Shown here: positions 9,893 through 18,464 of the stretch, one piece after another
Layout: each line of letters starts with the position of its first letter
Numbering within the stretch: the stretch's first letter is position 1
Origin: a virus
Taxonomy: Duplodnaviria; Heunggongvirae; Uroviricota; Caudoviricetes
DNA length: 29,362 nucleotides
Reading direction: 5' to 3' (one strand)
IMG/VR virus record: IMGVR_UViG_3300028734_000016
Notes under the pieces: model-generated
Database searches by the model: none
What the model saw: only the letters and a program-made list of their open reading frames with translations
Told to the model about the DNA's origin: nothing
Translations under genes and position numbers: made by a program

Positions 9893-9991
9893 ATGAAATA
9901 TTTAAAAATGTATGAAGGTAAACAATTGGGTAGTTTGTATCACATATTTGATTTGAGTGAAATGAATATAATATTAAAAAAATATAATTAA
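9893..9991 (+). CDS. 32-aa micro-ORF MKYLKMYEGKQLGSLYHIFDLSEMNIILKKYN (below ORF-track cutoff)
   Basis: Manually translated; carries the N-terminal tag and a KKYN end; could be a truncated gene. Confidence 0.5.
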   Translation: MKYLKMYEGKQLGSLYHIFDLSEMNIILKKYN

Positions 9992-10033
9992 TATTAATTA
10001 TATTTTAAAATAATTAAAAAAAAATAAAAAAAA

Positions 10034-10822
10034 ATGGAAAATGAAAAATGGTCTCAACAGCCAGAAATAACAATTTTAGATGGTAACACTAGACTTTGCT
10101 CAATTGGAGATTTTGGTACAACACCAATTAATAATCTGATTAGTTTGGATTCATTATTTAATTCTGGATTCGATGTTAATGGCTCAATACAGGGTCAACT
10201 AAATACTTTGAAAAATAGTAAATTAAGTAAAAATTTCAACAGTGACAATTATGTTGGAACAACTCATTTAGATGTTGATAATATTGAAATATATTTGGCA
10301 AATAGAACTGGTATGTTTGATGTACATTCAACAATACCATTTAGTGGAGAAACTAATTTTATATTAACAGAGATATGGTTGGATACTGCTGGTTTGTATT
10401 ATCAGAAATTAAAATCAACTACAGGAAAAGAATATGAAAGATTTTTTGGTCTAGATTATGAAATAACTACACCTTGGACTAATATTTCTCCTAAATATAA
10501 GGTTTATACTGCATTATTTACTCAAGGTAGTACTTACGCTCCTACTGTTAATATTTTAGAAAATACAATTGGAGATATTGTTTGGGCTAGAACATCTCTT
10601 GGACAATATACTGGAACACTATCAAATGCTTTTACTCTAAACAAAACAGTTTGTCCACAAGATAGTACTAGATGTCATAGTCAAGGTGATTTGATGTATA
10701 ATTTTAATTTATATTTAGTTAATGTTAATCAAATAGTTATTACTATATTAGATGATACTTTATCATTCGCTGAGAATGATTTTTTATCTAATAAATTGAT
10801 TGAAATTAGAGTTTATGTTTAA
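10034..10822 (+). CDS. putative tail fibre / receptor-binding protein
   Basis: YYQKLKSTTGKEYERF...W knob-like segment and a C-terminal YKVYTALFTQ...APTVNILENTIG.IVWAR...GQY module that I recall from phage fibre proteins (not searched). Confidence 0.5.
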   Translation: MENEKWSQQPEITILDGNTRLCSIGDFGTTPINNLISLDSLFNSGFDVNGSIQGQLNTLKNSKLSKNFNSDNYVGTTHLDVDNIEIYLANRTGMFDVHSTIPFSGETNFILTEIWLDTAGLYYQKLKSTTGKEYERFFGLDYEITTPWTNISPKYKVYTALFTQGSTYAPTVNILENTIGDIVWARTSLGQYTGTLSNAFTLNKTVCPQDSTRCHSQGDLMYNFNLYLVNVNQIVITILDDTLSFAENDFLSNKLIEIRVYV

Positions 10823-10900
10823 TGTCAATTTTTTAAATAATAATTAACATTATAAACTTTTTTTCTAAATAGTTATATATTAAGAAAAAATTAAATTATT

Positions 10901-11167
10901 GTGGAGATTAATATTAAAGAAAATATTTATTTTAAAACATATGATAAAAGGATAACATTGAATGAGGATATAGTAGATTTTATATTATCAGATAAAATTG
11001 ATAAAGTGTTATATAAAGGAGAACCAAATGATATAAATTATAAATTATTAAAAAAAATAATTCCGTTGTCTGATTCTAATCCTGATCCAGAATTGGTTAG
11101 AAAAAAATATCAAAGTTATTTAGAAATTTGTGATAATACTCCATATTGTATAATTTATAAAAAATAA
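10901..11167 (+). CDS. hypothetical protein
   Basis: 88 aa, GTG start, TATATA upstream, terminator downstream. Confidence 0.6.
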   Translation: MEINIKENIYFKTYDKRITLNEDIVDFILSDKIDKVLYKGEPNDINYKLLKKIIPLSDSNPDPELVRKKYQSYLEICDNTPYCIIYKK

Positions 11168-11199
11168 AAGAAAGTTCAGATTATTCTGAACTTTCTTTT
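11166..11199. terminator. bidirectional terminator
   Basis: AAAAGAAAGTTCAGA-TTAT-TCTGAACTTTCTTTT, 15-bp stem at a convergent junction. Confidence 0.8.
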
Positions 11200-11513
11200 T
11201 TTAGCTTTTTTAGTTTTGTTCTTCTTACTTCCTTTTGAGATATCTTTAGCCAATCTTCCTTTAAAGTGTATAATTTTCCTTTATAGTAATATTGGTTTTT
11301 GTCATCATTATCATAATCAATCGCTGGACCATTTAATCTGTGATATTGATTATTTTTTTTATACTCTACTCTATCTTTGAAATGTATAATAGAATTTTTA
11401 TTGGTGACATTTAACCATTCATTTATTTTTACTGTGTCTTTATAAAAATTTATTAATTTATCTCTTTTTTCTGTTCCTTCTTTTAAGGAGTTTATTTCAT
11501 CAAATTCTGTCAT
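11181..11513 (-). CDS. HRLxGPA-motif protein with RRTKLKKL C-terminal motif
   Basis: 110 aa; YHRLNGPAIDY...QYYYKG motif, common in giant phage and virus hypotheticals. Confidence 0.75.
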   Translation of the reverse strand: MTEFDEINSLKEGTEKRDKLINFYKDTVKINEWLNVTNKNSIIHFKDRVEYKKNNQYHRLNGPAIDYDNDDKNQYYYKGKLYTLKEDWLKISQKEVRRTKLKKLKKESSE

Positions 11514-11748
11514 TTATTTTTAATAATTTTTGTTTTCTTGTTTCTGATACATCTACTTTTATATAATCTAAATTGATGAAATTTTTATCTGATATTGTTC
11601 CATCGTAAAATATAATTGTAATTGAATCTTTAAGGCGCGCTATATCTCCTTCAATACTAATTACTTCTCTTTTAAATTTTTGACATTTCCAAAATTTGTA
11701 AAAAGTTGCATCTTGAGTTACAATATCTCCTTTGTTAATATTTTTCAT
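11500..11748 (-). CDS. hypothetical protein ending RKQKLLKINDRI
   Basis: 82 aa; INKGDIV KOW-like start. Confidence 0.7.
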   Translation of the reverse strand: MKNINKGDIVTQDATFYKFWKCQKFKREVISIEGDIARLKDSITIIFYDGTISDKNFINLDYIKVDVSETRKQKLLKINDRI

Positions 11749-11822
11749 ATGATGTATTTTTATTAGATTGTAAATATATAATTTATTTTTAATATATACA
11801 ACAAAAGAAATAAAGTTTATAG

Positions 11823-13976
11823 ATGCAAAAAAATAGAAAATCTAGAAAATTTGATTGGATTAAACAGGATGATGGAACATTTGTTCAACAAACTCGTTCA
11901 GTGAAATATGATGAAGAAAAATTTATTGCAGTAGGTGATATTTATTTTAGATTTAATAAATATTTAACTGGAGTTACATATACATATATTAATAGTTTAG
12001 AAGATATTTATAATAAAGAAAATTTATTAACAGGAGATGGTTATTCAATTGTTAATATGTATAATGAATATGATGTAATTGATAGAGTTCTTAAAAATAT
12101 AATATTTGTTGATGTTGCAGCAGATACTCATATTGATATATCTAAACAATGGACACAAATAAATGGAGTTAATATTAAACCAGGCCAGTTGATTTTGTTG
12201 AAAGACCAAAAATCTGGAAGTGAGTCTGAAAATGATATTTACATAGTTTCGAATAAGAATTTTTTAATAAATTATAATGTTTTGAACACAAGAGAAAAAT
12301 CTGATAAATTTAGCTGTAGTGTAAAACTAGGTAATAATTCTGATAAACAATTTTTTTTGCTGAATGTTGGTTACAATTTTCCAATAACAGGAGAAGCTAA
12401 ATATTTTATTGAAGGAAAATCTTTTATTCTTAAAAATTTGGTGAAATATGATCTAGAGCGTTCATATTCAGATTCATCAAGCACATCTAAAATTTTTTTT
12501 ACGGATTATGATATTGCAAGAAAACAGTTAAATACAAATGCTGAAAAATATATTGAAATTGAATTTGATGTTAATAGTTTGTACTTATCTTCTGAGATTG
12601 TTAGAATAGATTATCATCATGATTCATATATTATTAGATCAGGTTTAACTATTAATTCTGAATTTACTGGTATTACCAGTCAAATTAGTAATAATGTAGT
12701 TAAAGGATTTACTTCAGTTCCTTATTCACAAAATTTTGATTGTATTATAGGAGATTATATTAAATTAAATATTTATAGTGGTTATACTATAGATTCAAAT
12801 TCTGTGAATGTTTTAACATTAAATACTTTTGTTAAAGATATCAGATATGGATGTTTAATTTTAGAAGAAACAATTCCAAATAGAGTTATAAATGACTTAA
12901 AAAATAAAGCATTTTCTGTTGAGAATCTTAATATAGGAATAAGCTGGGATGACGCTCTTGATAAATTATCATCAAATACTCCTTATTCTGATTATTATGA
13001 TATTAAAATAGGTAGTTATGACATTAATTATTTGAATGTAGTTTTTACTGCAAAAATGTGCGATTATGATAGATATTTCGATTATGATGGATTAACAATA
13101 TCATTAAATGATAATGAAAATTGGATAGGTTATACATTTAATACTCATAATCAATATATTGGATATAAATTGTTTGATAACTTAAATAGACTTGAGCCTA
13201 GTGGTTTTACATATGATTATTCATTGTACAATCAGTTTTTACTTACTGGTTTTACATGTCAATATACTGATAATGATAGAATTAGAATTATATACACTCA
13301 AGGAGGATTATTGAATAATTTTAAAGAATATACATATGTTAATGTTTCAGGAAATACAATTACTGGAAAATCTTTAATTTATAGTGTTTATGATACTGAA
13401 ATGATAATTGAAAAACCTTCTTCTTTTCCTTTTTTCCCTGCTACTGATATAATTTATATTCAAAATATAGATGGTTTGTTAAATATCTCAGATATTCTAT
13501 ATCAAGTTTATATTAATGAATCATATGATTGGTATATTCAAAAAAATGATAATGTTAGAAAGTATATATGTAGATCTTACGCAGAAATATTAGTACTAGA
13601 TGATTTTTTTAGAAATTATGCAACTGGAATATTATATGAAAATGAGAATAATGAATTTATTCTTAAATTATTTAATTTGGGAACTAATATCGATAAAAAT
13701 TCTGATCCTCTTTTGTATTTTTCAACAATTGAATTGGTTTATATTGGAGCTGATAGAAAATCAAGATTGCCAGTTCCTTTAACAATTTTATCTGGTAATA
13801 CAACGGAAAATTTTTGGAATTTACTAAACGGCGGTGTTGATGATTCATTGAATGGATTGAATGGTAGTTATTTAGGTGATGTTAATGATTCTGGTGTAGA
13901 TGTGATTTTACCTGGACCAAATAACCCTCCATTACTTTATACTTTGATTGATGGTGGTAAAGATTCTTCTCTGTGA
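11823..13976 (+). CDS. virion structural protein with tail-fibre-related domain (COG5301-like)
   Basis: VDVAADTHIDI...INGVNIKPGQLILLKDQ...ENDIYIV matches the V-x-A-T...IDGV...G-x-x-VL-x-K-x-Q...N-G-I-Y pattern; 717 aa. Confidence 0.6.
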   Translation: MQKNRKSRKFDWIKQDDGTFVQQTRSVKYDEEKFIAVGDIYFRFNKYLTGVTYTYINSLEDIYNKENLLTGDGYSIVNMYNEYDVIDRVLKNIIFVDVAADTHIDISKQWTQINGVNIKPGQLILLKDQKSGSESENDIYIVSNKNFLINYNVLNTREKSDKFSCSVKLGNNSDKQFFLLNVGYNFPITGEAKYFIEGKSFILKNLVKYDLERSYSDSSSTSKIFFTDYDIARKQLNTNAEKYIEIEFDVNSLYLSSEIVRIDYHHDSYIIRSGLTINSEFTGITSQISNNVVKGFTSVPYSQNFDCIIGDYIKLNIYSGYTIDSNSVNVLTLNTFVKDIRYGCLILEETIPNRVINDLKNKAFSVENLNIGISWDDALDKLSSNTPYSDYYDIKIGSYDINYLNVVFTAKMCDYDRYFDYDGLTISLNDNENWIGYTFNTHNQYIGYKLFDNLNRLEPSGFTYDYSLYNQFLLTGFTCQYTDNDRIRIIYTQGGLLNNFKEYTYVNVSGNTITGKSLIYSVYDTEMIIEKPSSFPFFPATDIIYIQNIDGLLNISDILYQVYINESYDWYIQKNDNVRKYICRSYAEILVLDDFFRNYATGILYENENNEFILKLFNLGTNIDKNSDPLLYFSTIELVYIGADRKSRLPVPLTILSGNTTENFWNLLNGGVDDSLNGLNGSYLGDVNDSGVDVILPGPNNPPLLYTLIDGGKDSSL

Positions 13977-14025
13977 GTATTTTTAGTCTAATAAAATAAT
14001 ATATAATAAAAATAATAATTTGTTC

Positions 14026-14607
14026 ATGTCTAAAGTTGAAAAATATAGTAGAGTTATAATAAAAAGAAATACTGTTCCAGGAGATGTTCCTACAATTCCA
14101 GCATTAGGATCATCACATGATGATCATACATTATTACCAGCATGGAGAACAACAGATATTTATATTGGTGAATTTTTTCTTAATGAAGTGGATGAAAATG
14201 TGTGGATGAGAGTTGGAGAAAATACAATAAAACAATTATATTTCATTGAAGATTCTGGTTTGACAAATGATTTTTTGACAGATGATACATTATATTTTGA
14301 TTCTTCAAATGATACATTGTATACTAAAAATATTCAAATTGGATTTCAAACTATTTATACTGATTATACAGGAACAACAACAGATAGTAATATTATCTTT
14401 TTTTCTGGTTCAAGTACACTAAATTATTATTTACCATCAGCAACTGGAACTAATAGAAATATTAAAATCGTTTGTGTTGGCTCAGTGGTTAATGTAAATT
14501 TGTATAATTCTGATATTTTGAATGGTTCTAATTCAACTGTGGTTTTGAATCAATATGATAAACTTGATATTGTAGATTATAGTGAAGGTGTGTGGTTTCG
14601 TGTATAA
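14026..14607 (+). CDS. short tail-fibre-like virion protein
   Basis: N-terminal RVIIKR...GDVP...GEFFLNEVD (Mtd_N-like) and a C-terminal YYLPSA...ILNG...LNQYD...W fibre-tip-like module; ATG 14026 preferred over TTG 14020. Confidence 0.55.
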   Translation: MSKVEKYSRVIIKRNTVPGDVPTIPALGSSHDDHTLLPAWRTTDIYIGEFFLNEVDENVWMRVGENTIKQLYFIEDSGLTNDFLTDDTLYFDSSNDTLYTKNIQIGFQTIYTDYTGTTTDSNIIFFSGSSTLNYYLPSATGTNRNIKIVCVGSVVNVNLYNSDILNGSNSTVVLNQYDKLDIVDYSEGVWFRV

Positions 14608-14613
14608 GAATAA

Positions 14614-14641
14614 AAAACCAAAACTTAATTGTTTTGGTTTT
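14614..14641. terminator. bidirectional terminator
   Basis: AAAACCAAAAC-TTAATT-GTTTTGGTTTT between convergent genes. Confidence 0.8.
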
Positions 14642-14644
14642 ATT

Positions 14645-14929
14645 TTAATTTCTCCAATTCAATCTAATTAAATCTATCATTCTGGATATATCTGTGAATT
14701 CATAATCTACATTCAAATGATTAAACCAATCTTCTATCATATTTGGTGATAGTTTATCAAGTCTTTTGAATATTCCTATAGCACCTTTTCTGCCATCGTA
14801 TCCTTCATATTCATGACAAAACCAATAATTGAATTTTTTAACATTTGATGTATCATCAAGTATGAATTTTTTCTTTGTCGTTGGTTTGGATTCTTCTGTT
14901 TTCTTCTTGAATATACTAAAAATTTTCAT
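14645..14929 (-). CDS. hypothetical protein
   Basis: 94 aa ORF preceded by a Bacteroidota-type promoter. Confidence 0.7.
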   Translation of the reverse strand: MKIFSIFKKKTEESKPTTKKKFILDDTSNVKKFNYWFCHEYEGYDGRKGAIGIFKRLDKLSPNMIEDWFNHLNVDYEFTDISRMIDLIRLNWRN

Positions 14930-14950
14930 GATTTATTAATTTTTTTGTTG

Positions 14951-14980
14951 CAAATATAATATAAATTATTTTAATTACAA
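14951..14980 (-). promoter_or_regulatory. Bacteroidota sigma70-type promoter
   Basis: Minus strand TTG-N19-TATATTTG, 21 nt before ATG 14929. Confidence 0.65.
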
Positions 14981-15000
14981 TGATATAAATAAAATATTAA

Positions 15001-15351
15001 TCAAATATTAACATTTATTAATCCAACATTTCTAGGTATTTCAATTGCAGTTGCTGTGTTCATATTATTATTTGGTTTTAAGTCGTTGATTATTACTCTT
15101 TCTCCTCTTGTTAGTCCCATTATTAATTGATCATAGAAAATTCCATTTTTTTGTAATTGTTCTTCAGTTCTTTTTCTCATTGATTCTGTTCTACCTGTTG
15201 TTAATATTATTTTATGTCCATCTGCGTTCCATTTATTTAATTTGTCTATTACTCCTGGTAATATCTCTGATTCTTCAAAAAGTATATTTGATAAATTTCC
15301 TTTGTGCTTAAATAATGTACCATCAATATCAATAAATAATGTTTTTTTCAT
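15001..15351 (-). CDS. HAD-superfamily phosphatase
   Basis: FIDIDGTL (motif I DxDGT), ILTTGR (motif II), C-terminal IND. Confidence 0.85.
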   Translation of the reverse strand: MKKTLFIDIDGTLFKHKGNLSNILFEESEILPGVIDKLNKWNADGHKIILTTGRTESMRKRTEEQLQKNGIFYDQLIMGLTRGERVIINDLKPNNNMNTATAIEIPRNVGLINVNI

Positions 15352-15439
15352 GTTTATATTCTAATTTAATTTTTATTATTTAGTTATTATTTTAATATAT
15401 GTTTTATTTTAAATGAACTTTTTTTATATATAGGTTCAT

Positions 15440-16633
15440 ATGGCAACAACAAATATTTATAATATAACCAATTATTCTGATGCATTATTAAATTGTGTTA
15501 TGATTGATGGTTTAACACCAGATATTATTAAAAGAAAATATATTTGGTTATTGAATGCAATTATTGAAAATGCAATAATAGGTCAAGATGACTATGGATT
15601 GGTTTGGTATTCTGGTACTTGGAAAGCAGGTGAATGGGAAGATGGTACATGGTATTCTGGTATATGGGAAGATGGTGAGTGGAAGAATGGTAAATTTTAT
15701 TCATATCGTTTTGATACAAATCAATTATTACAAAGAAATATTAGAATTATAGAGAAAAATAATCCAATATATTCACAATTTAGAAGAGGTATTTGGAGAA
15801 GAGGAGAATTTTTTAATGGTTATTTTGGTTCTGATATTCTAAAGGAAGATTGGTTTCAAATGTTAAACAGTGAAATTATTTATTATGACACAAGGTGGGA
15901 ATCAGGAGTTTTTCATAATGGAGTTTTTCGTAATTCTGTTTGGCTGAGCTATTATGATACAGATAGTATATTTAAAAATGGAATTTTTTATAATAGTGAA
16001 TGGCTTAATGGTACATTTTTAAATGGTACATTTCAAGGTTGTGAGTGGTGGGGAGGTAAATTTAATGGTGGTGATTTTATTGGTAATCCAAATGTTGTTC
16101 AATCATTGGGTACTTCATCATCATCTTCTTGCCATTGGTGGAAAGGAGAATTTAATCAAACAGATCCAAATATACTAAGTAGATTTGGATCTTGGCCTGT
16201 GTCAGGAACAACAGAATTGGATTTTCCATCTGTTATTTGGCATGATGGAACATTTTATAACGGTGAATTTCATTCAGGATTGAATGTTCAATCAGGATTA
16301 ACGTCAATATCAGATAATCATAATAGAACGATATGGTCTGGTGGCACTTGGAATAATGGTACTTGGTATGGTGGTACTCATTTAAACGGTGATTTTAATA
16401 ATGGAGCCTGGCTTGAGGGTATATGGACAGACGGAGTATTTAATAATGGTGCTTGGTGGAACGGTTTTTGGACAGGTGGAATAATAAATAATGGATTATT
16501 TTTTTGTGGTATATTTAATAATGTGGTATTTAATAATGGTGAATTAGGTTATCAACCTTCAGATGATATATTAATTAAGCAAAAATCAAATTTGTATTAT
16601 TTGACATCTTATCCTAATATTTATTCAGAATAA
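15440..16633 (+). CDS. G-x-(W/F)-x-x pentapeptide repeat protein
   Basis: e.g. GTWKA GEWED GTWYS GIWED GEWKN GKFYS, with a long C-terminal run of similar units. Confidence 0.8.
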   Translation: MATTNIYNITNYSDALLNCVMIDGLTPDIIKRKYIWLLNAIIENAIIGQDDYGLVWYSGTWKAGEWEDGTWYSGIWEDGEWKNGKFYSYRFDTNQLLQRNIRIIEKNNPIYSQFRRGIWRRGEFFNGYFGSDILKEDWFQMLNSEIIYYDTRWESGVFHNGVFRNSVWLSYYDTDSIFKNGIFYNSEWLNGTFLNGTFQGCEWWGGKFNGGDFIGNPNVVQSLGTSSSSSCHWWKGEFNQTDPNILSRFGSWPVSGTTELDFPSVIWHDGTFYNGEFHSGLNVQSGLTSISDNHNRTIWSGGTWNNGTWYGGTHLNGDFNNGAWLEGIWTDGVFNNGAWWNGFWTGGIINNGLFFCGIFNNVVFNNGELGYQPSDDILIKQKSNLYYLTSYPNIYSE

Positions 16634-16640
16634 AAAATTT

Positions 16641-16952
16641 ATGTCTAACTATCAATTATATGATTTCATTAAGGATGTTGATTTTCATATAAAAAATAAA
16701 AGTCCTATAGAATTATCGTTGAAAAGTGAAGCTTTTATTACTTATTTATTTCAATTGAAAATTTTTCAAATGAAAAATAAGATAAAAAAAGATCATCCAC
16801 TTTTTAAAGAGAAATATTTTTTGCTGGTTATGTATAGTACATTATATATTTCTAAAAAAAATGAGAATGAAGAATTTAAGTTTAATAATGTAGAAGTTAT
16901 TGGCGGTATAAAAATGCTAAGAAAAAAGAAATTGAAAAAAATATTCAATTAA
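16641..16952 (+). CDS. hypothetical protein ending LRKKKLKKIFN
   Basis: 103 aa ORF. Confidence 0.7.
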   Translation: MSNYQLYDFIKDVDFHIKNKSPIELSLKSEAFITYLFQLKIFQMKNKIKKDHPLFKEKYFLLVMYSTLYISKKNENEEFKFNNVEVIGGIKMLRKKKLKKIFN

Positions 16953-16954
16953 TT

Positions 16955-16985
16955 TTTGATATTTGAAAATAATGTATTATCTTTG
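16955..16985 (+). promoter_or_regulatory. Bacteroidota sigma70-type promoter
   Basis: TTTG (16955-16958)-N19-TATCTTTG (16978-16985), upstream of ATG 17025. Confidence 0.75.
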
Positions 16986-17024
16986 TGAAGTAAATAGATA
17001 TATACAATTATTAAAATATAATAT

Positions 17025-17438
17025 ATGATTAATTGTAATGCTTTTCTGAGTGATGAGTCTTTGATATTAGGTTCAAAAATTTTATTTGAACATAAATCTG
17101 AATTTGAGTATTGTTTATTAAATACTAATTATATTCTGTCTGTTAAAATGATGAGAGATTATTCTAAATTAGGATTAAGAGAAAGTAAAGAATTGATAGA
17201 TTTATATAAAGCTGGTAAATTAATTCCAGACCCAGATATAAAAAAAGAAAGAGTTGATAAACTTAAAAGATTGAAAAAGATTCCATTCGTTAATGAACTA
17301 ACAGATAAAATAACTTCATTAAATTCATATAATTTGAATAATATTCTTAATAATTTGTCTTTTAAAGAATTAATTATAATTGATGAAATTATTGAAAAAG
17401 AAATATCAAAAACATTTGAAAAAATAATAACAATTTAA
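17025..17438 (+). CDS. protein with ribosomal bL12 (L7/L12) CTD-like motif
   Basis: ILSVKMMRDYSKLGLRESKELID resembles the bL12 consensus (I/A)(I/V)K-x-VR-x-x-x-GLGLKEAK-x-LV(E/D). Confidence 0.6.
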   Translation: MINCNAFLSDESLILGSKILFEHKSEFEYCLLNTNYILSVKMMRDYSKLGLRESKELIDLYKAGKLIPDPDIKKERVDKLKRLKKIPFVNELTDKITSLNSYNLNNILNNLSFKELIIIDEIIEKEISKTFEKIITI

Positions 17439-17453
17439 AAATTTTTAAAAATT

Positions 17454-17900
17454 ATGAAAACAAAGATTAATGTGAATGACGTTAGAACTCTTATTTTTTG
17501 GGTACAAACATTTTTATTGTTTGAACATAGGAAATTTAATCATCAGCAGTTGCTTGAAAAATCTGATTATGTTACTAATGATTTTGTTGATGTTGAATAT
17601 CTTCATATTGATGAACTAATGATTGATGCTTATGATGTATATAATAAAATGAAAAAAGTCAGTGAACACGCTGATATGATAGATATGTTTAACGTAGCTA
17701 ATCTAAATAAGGATGATGTTATTCGTGAAACTGAAAAATATTTTAATATATTTCAAGATTTTATTGAAAACTATAAATATGATGTTCCTGAAATACGTGG
17801 TATACAACAAGGTATTCTCAATGAAAAAATGTTGAATTGCGTGAAAGTAGAAGATTATGAAAACGCCGCAAAATATAGAGATATTATTAAGGCGTCATAA
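17454..17900 (+). CDS. UVR (UvrB/UvrC) motif protein
   Basis: C-terminal MLNCVKVEDYENAAKYRDII matches E-x-(Y/F)-E-x-AA-x-x-RD. Confidence 0.7.
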   Translation: MKTKINVNDVRTLIFWVQTFLLFEHRKFNHQQLLEKSDYVTNDFVDVEYLHIDELMIDAYDVYNKMKKVSEHADMIDMFNVANLNKDDVIRETEKYFNIFQDFIENYKYDVPEIRGIQQGILNEKMLNCVKVEDYENAAKYRDIIKAS

Positions 17901-17914
17901 AAATTTGACTATTT

Positions 17915-18403
17915 ATGCTTAAAGATAAATTTTTATATAGAAAATGTAGAAATACAAGTATAGATAAACAATACACAAAAACAAGACGTAATAATAATAT
18001 TGATTTGTTTTCAGATTTGCCTACTCATCAATCAATAAATTGCATATATTACAATAGATATCACAATTATAATTTTAAACCTTTAGAAGAATTTATAAAT
18101 TCTAAAATAGGTGAAGATTGGAATGATATTTATTCTGAAATAATAACAAAAATCAAACCTAAATATCGATATTTACTTAAATTTGATCTTAATTATATAA
18201 TATGTAAACCAATGTATTATGATGATTATATACCTTATGATAATCGTTCATATCGTAGACATTCAATATGCTGTGATAGATTATATGTTGATTTGAATAA
18301 TATTATTTGTTATAAATCAAAAGATGAAATATTATCTGATTCTAAAAGAATTGTACGTAAACTTAAATTACAAGAAATATTTGATAATGAAAAAGAAAAT
18401 TAA
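17915..18403 (+). CDS. hypothetical protein
   Basis: 162 aa; FKPLEEFINSKIGEDWNDIYSEI core; RKLKLQEI near the C-terminus. Confidence 0.75.
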   Translation: MLKDKFLYRKCRNTSIDKQYTKTRRNNNIDLFSDLPTHQSINCIYYNRYHNYNFKPLEEFINSKIGEDWNDIYSEIITKIKPKYRYLLKFDLNYIICKPMYYDDYIPYDNRSYRRHSICCDRLYVDLNNIICYKSKDEILSDSKRIVRKLKLQEIFDNEKEN

Positions 18404-18459
18404 CACAATATAAGCCATATGACTTATATTGTGTTAATATAAGTCATATGGCTTATATT
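18401..18459. repeat. nested inverted repeat
   Basis: 24-bp unit 18407-18430 and its exact reverse complement 18436-18459; each unit is a one-mismatch palindrome, and 18401-18436 is a 36-bp one-mismatch palindrome. Confidence 0.9.
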
Positions 18460-18464
18460 AAATA

